Below are positions 9,881 through 17,579 of a stretch of 64,000 nucleotides of DNA, one piece after another. The notes beneath the pieces were generated by a model. It made no database searches, was not told the DNA's origin, and saw nothing but the letters and a program-made list of their open reading frames with translations. Each line of letters starts with the position of its first letter. The first letter of the stretch is position 1. The stretch comes from Gammaproteobacteria bacterium (lineage in GTDB: Bacteria; Pseudomonadota; Gammaproteobacteria; Pseudomonadales; Pseudohongiellaceae), in assembly GCA_017853205.1 (NCBI GenBank), contig JAFMKB010000006.1, positions 6,906 through 70,905 of the forward strand, given 5' to 3'. The translations under genes were made by a program, and so were the position numbers.

Positions 9881-10603
9881 CTAGTTTTCAGGGAGCGCGC
9901 TTATCTCAAAGTGGATTTCGTTGCGGCGCATAAAGGGCGGCGTGAATGGCGCATTGTAAACGGCCGTCGAATACTCTCCGACAGTCTCAACGCCTCGCTC
10001 CGAGAGATGCTGTTCCAGTTTGGCCTTATATTTCTTCACGTTCTTCTCAGTCCAGCGGCCCGAATAGCGAATGCTGGCAATCAGTCTCACCGGCATTTCT
10101 CTGATTGTAATGGAGGAGTTTGACGGGCGTGGCGCGCTGTCGAGGTTGAATTTACTGGGTAGCATAAACGCTAAGCGGTTTTGGCCTCCGCTTGAGGACT
10201 CCACGACGGGCGCAGTCATCGCTATTTTCATGCTTTGCCTCTGAACCACGGGCGATGTCATTTCAATTTTGGTCTCGAGGGTGTTCTCGCCAGAGATGTA
10301 GTCGAAGAGCTGCATGAACCCGTCGCGCGTATCCTTGCCCCAGTCACCCACCTCGGCAATCGCGGTTTCGGCGACTACATAGGCGTCGTAGCGGCGGTAT
10401 TCTATATCGCCGTCGGCGAACAGAACCTCATATTTAGGCTGCTCGAGAGCGTAGCTGTCGACCGCCGCGATAAGGAATAGGCAAAGCAATGCCCCTTTCA
10501 AAAGGTGTAGGGAGCTATACGCTGGTTTCCCCAGGGCATGTCTGAATAACCGTGGTGACCTAATCATCGTTCCAAATTCCTCACTTTCTCTGGAGTGTGC
10601 CAA
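9881..10603 (-). CDS. SOUL/HBP-family heme-binding-like protein, exported
   Basis: After the signal peptide comes EQPKYEVL..DIEYRRY..VAET, the typical SOUL N-terminal pattern. The probable start is the internal Met (MIRSPRL, ~10567). Confidence 0.7.
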   Translation of the reverse strand: MAHSRESEEFGTMIRSPRLFRHALGKPAYSSLHLLKGALLCLFLIAAVDSYALEQPKYEVLFADGDIEYRRYDAYVVAETAIAEVGDWGKDTRDGFMQLFDYISGENTLETKIEMTSPVVQRQSMKIAMTAPVVESSSGGQNRLAFMLPSKFNLDSAPRPSNSSITIREMPVRLIASIRYSGRWTEKNVKKYKAKLEQHLSERGVETVGEYSTAVYNAPFTPPFMRRNEIHFEISALPEN

Positions 10604-10669
10604 TGTAAGAATTGATAACCAGATCTACGCTCTGCGGGTAGGAATGGTTTTAAGTGCGTCTGGTCTCGC

Positions 10670-10708
10670 GATCGAAAGACCCGATCGGAAGACCCGATCG
10701 GAAGACCA
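10670..10708. repeat. Three tandem 13-bp units GATCG(A/G)AAGACC(C/A)
   Basis: Read directly: GATCGAAAGACCC GATCGGAAGACCC GATCGGAAGACCA, in the 415-bp intergenic region. Confidence 0.9.
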
Positions 10709-10935
10709 TTGAGGTTGAATCTGACTAAAGCAGAGCAAATGTGTGGGGCTAGAGGGCGAACGGTAAAGGGCGAAAAGTCATGATAGATCGAGTGATCTGC
10801 GTTTAAAAATTCGGCGTTTACGCTATCAGGACAGGGGCTCTCTCCCGAGATCAATCGAAAGCAGGCGCCATCCCCCCGCTTTCATTCCCTGAAGTGTCCT
10901 CTCTAGCTGTAACTCAGTTAGTCCCTAGAAGCTTG

Positions 10936-10961
10936 AGGCCGACGCTGTCGGCCTTTTTTTT
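10936..10961 (+). terminator. Plus-strand-oriented intrinsic terminator with no plus-strand CDS upstream
   Basis: Stem AGGCCGAC (10936-10943) / GTCGGCCT (10947-10954) followed by a run of 8 T (10954-10961, the first T shared with the stem) on the + strand. Both flanking genes are on the - strand. Confidence 0.6.
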
Positions 10962-11018
10962 GCCTGTGCTTTAGAGAAAGGTTCAGGTCATTTTTTTCTT
11001 GCCGCGTATAGAACACCC

Positions 11019-11663
11019 CTAACCGTTTATTAGTCCACTTTGAGCGATACCGTCAAAAATAAACTGCACGGCGAGTGCAGCGAGGAGCACACCGAAGATG
11101 CGTGTCACTACATGCATACCGGTGACACCGAAAAGACGTTGAATTTTGCTGGCCAATAGCAACATGCCGAAGGTGACCACAAGAATTATCATCAGCGAGG
11201 CGATTACCGCCGCCTGCAGAATCAGTTCTCCTTCGGTATTGGCCATGAGCAGTATTACTGCGCCCATGGCGCCAGGGCCAGCTATTAACGGAGTGGCGAT
11301 CGGGAACACCGAAATATCACGCTTTCCCAGTGCTTCCTGTTCCTCTTCATCTGTAGTCGACGTGCTCCCGGAAGAGCGCGCGAACACCATGTCTATACCG
11401 ATAAGAAGGAGCAGAATGCCGCCCCCTGTGCGAAGTGCGGCTATTGAAATCCCTAAAGCGAATAACAGTGACTCGCCAATAAGCGCGAACGTGATCAAGA
11501 TGCCTGTAGCGATTAGTGCGCCGCGCACAGCCATGCGGCGTCTGTGCTTCGGAGCCTCTCCGGCGGTTAGCGCGGCGAAAACAGCAGCGACATCGAGTGG
11601 TCCAATGGTCGCAAAAAATGTCGCGAGGCCCACGGTAAACGTTTCGAGGATTAATCCGTCCAT
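11019..11663 (-). CDS. MarC-family (UPF0056) integral membrane protein
   Basis: 214 aa, six hydrophobic segments, MarC-like sequence (FATIGPLD.., PIATPLIAGPGA). Confidence 0.8.
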   Translation of the reverse strand: MDGLILETFTVGLATFFATIGPLDVAAVFAALTAGEAPKHRRRMAVRGALIATGILITFALIGESLLFALGISIAALRTGGGILLLLIGIDMVFARSSGSTSTTDEEEQEALGKRDISVFPIATPLIAGPGAMGAVILLMANTEGELILQAAVIASLMIILVVTFGMLLLASKIQRLFGVTGMHVVTRIFGVLLAALAVQFIFDGIAQSGLING

Positions 11664-11713
11664 AACAAATTTATAAAACCAAGGGGGGGTGACTGGGAGC
11701 GTTCTATTATAGT

Positions 11714-12412
11714 TTATCGATCGGTTAGCGCCATCTTAACGGCGGCTTCTGCGTGTATTGAAGTGGTGTCATACAGAGGAGTTTCCGTGTGGCGCTGCTG
11801 AACGAGTAGAGCTATTTCTGTGCAGCCAAGAATAACCGCCTGTGCGCCGCGTTCTGCCAGTTCTGCGATTTGCTCGACATAAAACGCGCGTGATTCGGCA
11901 TTTATCACGCCAAGGCACAGTTCTTCGTAGATTATTGTACTCACGCGAGCACAATTTGCTGGGCTGGGCACTAATACCTCGATACCAAATTTATCCGTTA
12001 AACGTGCCTTATAGAAGGTATCCTCCATTGTGAAACGAGTGCCGAGTAACCCTACGCGATGAATTTTATCATCGACAAGCTGTTGTGCCGTGGCGTCGGC
12101 AATGTGTAGGAGGGGGATGTCGATCGCAGATTGAATGGCGTCGGTGACTTTGTGCATAGTGTTTGTGCAGATCACGAGAAAATCGGCACCGCCGGCTTGC
12201 ACATTGACTGCAACCTTTGCGAGTAATTCGCCCGCGCGAGTCCAATTTCCTTCGCGCTGCAACTGTTCTATCTCATCGAAGTCGACGCTGATGAGACAGA
12301 TCTTGGCGGAGTGAAGTCCGCCGAGTTCGCGTTTTATTCCCTCGTTGACTGCGCGGTAGTAGCTTGCGGTAGATTCCCAGCTCATGCCGCCGATCATTCC
12401 GATTGTTTTCAT
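11714..12412 (-). CDS. Aspartate/glutamate racemase family protein (aspartate racemase-like)
   Basis: MKTIGMIGGMSWESTASYY N-terminus. Two conserved Cys regions (LVICTNTMH, ILGCTEI). Confidence 0.85.
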   Translation of the reverse strand: MKTIGMIGGMSWESTASYYRAVNEGIKRELGGLHSAKICLISVDFDEIEQLQREGNWTRAGELLAKVAVNVQAGGADFLVICTNTMHKVTDAIQSAIDIPLLHIADATAQQLVDDKIHRVGLLGTRFTMEDTFYKARLTDKFGIEVLVPSPANCARVSTIIYEELCLGVINAESRAFYVEQIAELAERGAQAVILGCTEIALLVQQRHTETPLYDTTSIHAEAAVKMALTDR

Positions 12413-12465
12413 CTTGAAGCGCTCCTCTGAGCTGCAATGCTAGCGCAGACGCGCCTAGAAAGCAC

Positions 12466-12487
12466 AAAGCCCGCAGAGGCGGGCTTT
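12466..12487 (-). terminator. Hairpin terminator downstream of the sugar dehydrogenase gene
   Basis: AAAGCCCGC (12466-12474) / GCGGGCTTT (12479-12487) with a 4-nt loop. The flank on the - strand is T-rich. Confidence 0.55.
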
Positions 12488-12506
12488 GGTGAACAGCTAG
12501 TGGGTA

Positions 12507-13673
12507 TTAATTGCTCGGCGTTAGACGCAGGATACCGCGGTTCTCGGTAGCGATATAAATCGCGCCTTCGGGGCCTTGGTGAATATCGCGAATTCGGCCA
12601 ATGCCGTTTAAGAGAGTCTCCTCCATCATCGTCATCTTGCCTTCGTCATTCAGATCGACTCGCGCGAGTTGCTGGCCGCGAAGTCCGCCGACGAAAATAT
12701 CACCTTTCCAATTCGGGAATAAATCACCGCTGTAAATCATGAGCCCCGCTGTTGCGATGGAAGGCACCCAGAAATGTTTTGGTTGTTCCATGCCCTCACT
12801 TTGCTGCGAGCTATGAATAGGGAGACCGGGACCATAGTTCACGCCGTAGCCGATGACTGGCCAGCCATAATTCTTGCCAGCTTCTTCTATATTTAATTCA
12901 TCGCCACCTTGAGGCCCATGCTCGTCTGTCCACACATCGCCAGTGACGGGATGTATATCGATTCCCTGAGGATTGCGATGTCCATAGCTGTAGATCTCTG
13001 GCAAGGCATCTCGGCGACCTACAAAAGGGTTATCACTAGGCACGCGACCGTCGTCATGTAGGCGGATGACAGTGCCGTTATGATTGGCAAGGTCCTGTGC
13101 CGGATGCGCTTCCAGATTACCAGAAGGTGGGGCTTGGCGGTCGCCAATGGTAATAAATAAGTAACCGTCGTTATCGAACGCGATGCGGCCGCCATAGTGG
13201 CCGTTGCGCCCCGCAGTATCGGCCTGGAAAATGGTCTCGACATTGCTTAGTCTGTCGTTTTCAAATGTGCCACGGATAACCGTAGTCGTGGACTCATCAG
13301 GCAATGGCTTTGAAAAGCTAAGATAGACGAGCTTATTCGATTCGAAATCGGGATGTGGCAGTACATCAAATAATCCACCCTGGCCTACTGCATGGACTTC
13401 GGGCACACCTTCAACCGGTGCAGCCAGTAGCGAGCCATTGCGCACTATGCGAAGGCGTCCAGGACGCTCCGTCACTAGCATGTCGCCATTAGGTAGCCAT
13501 GTCATTGACCACGGCACTTCCAATCCTTCTGCGACTGTCGTGATTTCGAAATCGTGTGCTGCTGACCTGTAGGTGTCGCCCTGTGCGAGCGCGCTAAGAG
13601 GGGCAAGACCTGCAATTGCGGTTGCGAGGGCAAGACTCGCAACGGTTCGGTTAGATCGGTTTCGCTTTGTCAT
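12507..13673 (-). CDS. PQQ-dependent soluble sugar (aldose/sorbosone) dehydrogenase, YliI-like, exported
   Basis: Signal peptide and beta-propeller-type sequence with the HYGGRIAFD and GHRNPQG motifs. Confidence 0.8.
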   Translation of the reverse strand: MTKRNRSNRTVASLALATAIAGLAPLSALAQGDTYRSAAHDFEITTVAEGLEVPWSMTWLPNGDMLVTERPGRLRIVRNGSLLAAPVEGVPEVHAVGQGGLFDVLPHPDFESNKLVYLSFSKPLPDESTTTVIRGTFENDRLSNVETIFQADTAGRNGHYGGRIAFDNDGYLFITIGDRQAPPSGNLEAHPAQDLANHNGTVIRLHDDGRVPSDNPFVGRRDALPEIYSYGHRNPQGIDIHPVTGDVWTDEHGPQGGDELNIEEAGKNYGWPVIGYGVNYGPGLPIHSSQQSEGMEQPKHFWVPSIATAGLMIYSGDLFPNWKGDIFVGGLRGQQLARVDLNDEGKMTMMEETLLNGIGRIRDIHQGPEGAIYIATENRGILRLTPSN

Positions 13674-13962
13674 GGGGTAGACTCCGGAGATTTAGTTAAA
13701 TAAGTTCGGCTCGCTGTTTGGGTTTAGCCCTTATCGATGTGCCCGAGCTTGGTAGTCGATTGATGCTGTTACTCTCGACGAGCATTCTAGACGCTATTCG
13801 CAGGAGAGGCTATGTCTAGGAGGCATCAACCTGGGTGCTTCTGAGAGTAGATAAACTGTTAGCATCAGAGTCGAGCAATGAGCATTTGCTGCATTTTTAA
13901 CTCTTGAAGCGTTATACGGATTAAGCTCCTATAGCGATCAATACTTCTCGTGGGGAGGAAGC

Positions 13963-14667
13963 ATGGTAACCGAAACAAGAAATAATCGCTCATGGCTGGG
14001 CAGTTGGCGACGAATCAGTCTCTTTTTATTTTTAGCAAGCTGGCTCAGCGCCAATGCTGAAGAGGCCTCCCTTATTGATATTTCCTCGGCGGTGCCAACC
14101 GTCGTTGTCGATGCGCGCTATGCCGGTTCGCATAATTTTGTCGGGGCCCCGGTCGATGGCTATTTAGAGGCCAAAGTGTTGCTCACAAAACCTGCAATCG
14201 AGGCGTTACGGTCAGTTCAGGCGGGTCTTGCTGAATTCGGACTCGGCTTGAAGGTATTCGATGGTTATCGCCCGCAGCGGGCAGTGGATCACTTCGTGCG
14301 CTGGGCGCGTGACCTTGACGACACAGAGACTAAAGACGAATTTTATCCACGCGTAGACAAAGCCAACCTCTTTAGCGACGGCTATATCGCTGAACGTTCA
14401 GGGCACTCTCGAGGCAGTACAGTAGACCTGACGCTTGTTGATTTAGATACGGGGAGGGAACTCGATATGGGAACTCCTTGGGATTTTTTCGACCTTACCT
14501 CGTGGCCTTCCAGCAAGAAGCCTAGCGCCAAGCAGCGCGCGAATCGGGCGCTGCTGCGGAGTGTAATGATTGCTCAGAATTTTAGATCTCTTGAGACAGA
14601 ATGGTGGCATTTCACGCTCAATGACGAGCCTTACCCAGAGTCTTATTTTGATCAAGTAATCGATTAG
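13963..14667 (+). CDS. M15 D-alanyl-D-alanine dipeptidase (VanX/DdpX-like), exported
   Basis: FDGYRPQRAV, SGHSRGSTVDLTL and EWWHF motifs align with the DdpX/VanX zinc and active-site regions. Confidence 0.8.
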   Translation: MVTETRNNRSWLGSWRRISLFLFLASWLSANAEEASLIDISSAVPTVVVDARYAGSHNFVGAPVDGYLEAKVLLTKPAIEALRSVQAGLAEFGLGLKVFDGYRPQRAVDHFVRWARDLDDTETKDEFYPRVDKANLFSDGYIAERSGHSRGSTVDLTLVDLDTGRELDMGTPWDFFDLTSWPSSKKPSAKQRANRALLRSVMIAQNFRSLETEWWHFTLNDEPYPESYFDQVID

Positions 14668-15839
14668 CCGGCGGTGTCTACGCCTCGAAAATCAGCATTC
14701 TGGTCTGCAACTTCATTTTCGTTATCACAGCTGCCGGGCAGGGTGTCGATCCACTCACGAAGCAACGCAACACCCTCTTCATGAACCAGAGAGCGACCTA
14801 ATTCAGGCATCATTTCATCAGGTTTAGTCGAGGCAACGCGGTAGTGAAGAATTGAGTTGTCGGGATCCCCAGGTACGATGCCGTACTGTAAATCTCCTGC
14901 GCCGCCGCCCGCTGCTACGGGTGGTTTGCAAACGCCCATACTCACTAGCGATTTATGCTTGCCAGTAAGAATAAGCCCCGAAGTATCTGCAGCGCCCTTT
15001 GGGTTGTGACAGTGCCCGCACTGCATGTTGAGATAAGCGAGCGCGCGCTTGTCGAGCGGGAGGTCTGTGTCTTCATATGAGTCTAACGTTCGAATTTGAG
15101 GTGCTTTATCGAGCCATCCGCGTGCAACGAGGGTGTCGATTTGCGGCTGAAATTCGCCGCTCGCCGAATGTGATGAAGCGGTTAGCTGACTTGCGATCGC
15201 TCCAAGCGGATGCATGCCGCCGTCCGGATGTTCGGTGGTATGACAGCCAGAGCACTGATTTTCGTTCGGCACGAAATAAGCAAATCGCGTTGCGGGCTGT
15301 TCGAGTTCGGCCGCAGTGATCATGTCAAGAGTCTGACTCGCACCCGCAACCCTGAGAAATGCCTCTGTCTCGTCTTCGTTCCAGACATAGGGTAGGGCAT
15401 CCCAACCAGACTCTTGCCGAACGAGGATGCGCGTTTCTATTAAGCGAGAGTCAGTAAGGTCTATCTCACGAGCCCCCTCATCGGCAACGCGAATGACGTT
15501 GCCGGTCGCATCAACTGGGTAGTAAAAGGTTTTGCTCAGCACTGTGCCGACTGGGTAGTCGATCTCGTCGTTGATAAGAGTCGCCTGCGTTCCATCCGGC
15601 ATCCATAGGGTGCGCAGCTTATGTGCGTAATCTGTGAAAAGCGGATTGGCGGGCCTAACGACCTCGACCGTCGGCAGCGGTCGCAATCGAGAGGCACTCA
15701 AGTCAAACAGATTCCATTCCGAAAGTCTTTGTGGGCGGGCATCCGCGGCAAAATTCGGCTGATCCTCACCGCATCCTGAAAGCGACAGCGCTGCGACAAT
15801 TATCAGCGCGAAACGGGCGTTAACTGCTGGGTGAGCCAC
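14664..15839 (-). CDS. Diheme c-type cytochrome lipoprotein (resembles the HNE_0200/SO2930 family)
   Basis: Lipobox LSLSGC and two CxxCH motifs (CSGCH, CGHCH). It is paired with a beta-helix protein as described for the TIGR03805/TIGR03806 gene pair. Confidence 0.7.
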   Translation of the reverse strand: MAHPAVNARFALIIVAALSLSGCGEDQPNFAADARPQRLSEWNLFDLSASRLRPLPTVEVVRPANPLFTDYAHKLRTLWMPDGTQATLINDEIDYPVGTVLSKTFYYPVDATGNVIRVADEGAREIDLTDSRLIETRILVRQESGWDALPYVWNEDETEAFLRVAGASQTLDMITAAELEQPATRFAYFVPNENQCSGCHTTEHPDGGMHPLGAIASQLTASSHSASGEFQPQIDTLVARGWLDKAPQIRTLDSYEDTDLPLDKRALAYLNMQCGHCHNPKGAADTSGLILTGKHKSLVSMGVCKPPVAAGGGAGDLQYGIVPGDPDNSILHYRVASTKPDEMMPELGRSLVHEEGVALLREWIDTLPGSCDNENEVADQNADFRGVDTAG

Positions 15840-15932
15840 GTCATTTTTCCTCTTTTTTACTAGTCTTTCTGTATTCTCTTTCAGTTTTTTACTGATCTTT
15901 CTTGCTATCTGTAACTCAAGTCTCTAATGCGA

Positions 15933-17252
15933 TTACTCGGCGCTACCCGCATCTCCGGGTAAGACGATTTTGCTTAAGCGTGGCTGTTCGCATCGATGTG
16001 GAGCAGCGTCGAAAGAAGGCGCGGTAAAACCGTTCATTGCATCCAAATTTACGAAGCTCATTCCACCCTCGCCGAGACATAGAATTTCCGCGGGGCTCTT
16101 CGTGGGCTGACCGTTAGCATCCGGCAAAATAGCGCCGCCCCAAACTACATCTGGAATGGGCTGCCCCGTTGCGGCCTTAAGGGCAACTAAGGGTTCAGAG
16201 TCGGGATTATCGCCGCCGCCCTCGAAGCTATTGCCATGGATATAAATTGCCTCGGGGAACGGGTCATAATTTGGATCATCTATCGGCAATCCGTTGATCA
16301 GGTAGCTTACGATCATGACGTTAGCCGTTTGATTGTCGACAAAACGATTACCAAATATTTCGATGCTGTCGTTCGCGAGGACCATCAACCCTGTACCCGC
16401 AGGGACTGTGCCAACGATATTGCCCTCTGGCGCGAAATTGTCGACGTTATTATTGACGATGTCGTTGTTAAACACGCGAGTGTTGCGGCCGCCTTGAACA
16501 GGGAGGTTCGGCAGGTCGAAGACTAAGATGCCGCCGGTGTTATTAGTTGCCACGTTGTCATATACGTCGGCATAGGTAGAGTTTTCAATCTCGATGCCAG
16601 CCACATTATATTCGGCACGAGAGTTACGCACGATGATCTGGCTAGACTGCCCGACGTAAATTCCGGCATCGGAGGCGCCGATGGCTACTGCACCCTCGAT
16701 GAGAATATTTTTAGACTGTACTGGGTAAATTCCGTAGGCGCCGTTCGTGGTTAGCGGGCCGCCAGTCCATTCTGTACGGACATTGCGAATAACGACGTTC
16801 TCGCTCTGATTGATCTTGAGTGCGTCCCCAACAGTGTCTTCTAATGCGAGATCCTCGAGCACGAAATCATTCGCATTGACGAGCAGTCCTTCGGCACCCT
16901 GTGCTTGATTCTTGAAGGAGAGAATAGAAACATCCATGCCCTCTCCGCGAATGGTAACGCCCGGCGCATTAAGCGACAGGCTGCGAGTCATTTCGTGAAC
17001 GCCCGCGGGAATTTCGATGACATCGCCCGGTTGCGCCATGATGAGCTTTTCTTGCAGCGCTTCTTCGAAGCTGAGTTCAGGTAGCGCGGGTTGGTCGGGA
17101 GCGCAGCTTGCAACTATCAGCGCGGACGCCGTGCCTAGGGTGATGTGGCGAATTGTTGAGCGAAGTGAGTTGCGACTTGGCATTGCAGTGACCCCTATTG
17201 ACGCGTTATTTCGGTACCCCTTTGTTTGTATCTCACTTTGAGCAGACAGCAA
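15933..17252 (-). CDS. Parallel beta-helix repeat lipoprotein (resembles TIGR03805)
   Basis: Lipobox LIVASC (likely start Met ~17183). Repeated NxxIxxN/G beta-helix turns (VIRNVR.., IVRNSRAEYNVAGIEIENS.., VFNNDIVNNN..). Confidence 0.7.
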   Translation of the reverse strand: MLSAQSEIQTKGYRNNASIGVTAMPSRNSLRSTIRHITLGTASALIVASCAPDQPALPELSFEEALQEKLIMAQPGDVIEIPAGVHEMTRSLSLNAPGVTIRGEGMDVSILSFKNQAQGAEGLLVNANDFVLEDLALEDTVGDALKINQSENVVIRNVRTEWTGGPLTTNGAYGIYPVQSKNILIEGAVAIGASDAGIYVGQSSQIIVRNSRAEYNVAGIEIENSTYADVYDNVATNNTGGILVFDLPNLPVQGGRNTRVFNNDIVNNNVDNFAPEGNIVGTVPAGTGLMVLANDSIEIFGNRFVDNQTANVMIVSYLINGLPIDDPNYDPFPEAIYIHGNSFEGGGDNPDSEPLVALKAATGQPIPDVVWGGAILPDANGQPTKSPAEILCLGEGGMSFVNLDAMNGFTAPSFDAAPHRCEQPRLSKIVLPGDAGSAE

Positions 17253-17500
17253 TTCTAAGTGTTGATCCAGACGCTAGGGTTTCGTTTTTTCTACAGTTTG
17301 TAGCAGTATAGAAGGATTCATGGAGAGTGCGCAACGCGCGATAGGGAGTAATTCTTGAGGCTTAGGATCGTCTGCGCGACGTCGTTTCTAGTTTGTTACC
17401 GCGAGGGAGCAAGGACGGCATCAGTCTTCATTACTCAGCACTGAGTAGGTAGCAATGTCGCAGGTGCTAGGTTATGCTCGAGAGCGTTCGATGAGCCTGC

Positions 17501-17533
17501 TTTTGGCACTTTTTTTGGCACTTTTTTTGGCAC
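17501..17533. repeat. Tandem 12-bp repeat T(4-7)GGCAC x3 in a divergent promoter region
   Basis: GGCAC occurs at 17505, 17517 and 17529 with a 12-bp period. It is followed by CTCAGG x3 (17537-17572). Confidence 0.9.
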
Positions 17534-17579
17534 TTTCTCAGGCTCAGGTTTTTCGAGCTCAGGGTTTTGATGTATCTCT

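Noticed and set aside
10564-10854. 96-aa minus-strand ORF in the SOUL-marC intergenic region
   Set aside because: It overlaps the 5' end of the SOUL-family gene. It has no RBS or recognisable domain, and the region is better explained as regulatory or sRNA DNA.
11146-11676. 176-aa plus-strand ORF
   Set aside because: It lies entirely antisense to the well-supported MarC-family gene. Its Ser/Ala/Pro-rich composition is typical of a shadow frame.
17501-17533. TGGCAC repeats as a sigma-54 (-24/-12) promoter
   Set aside because: With the 12-bp period, TTGG rather than TTGC falls at the -12 position, so the GC dinucleotide is 1 nt out of register. No enhancer-binding protein gene is nearby.
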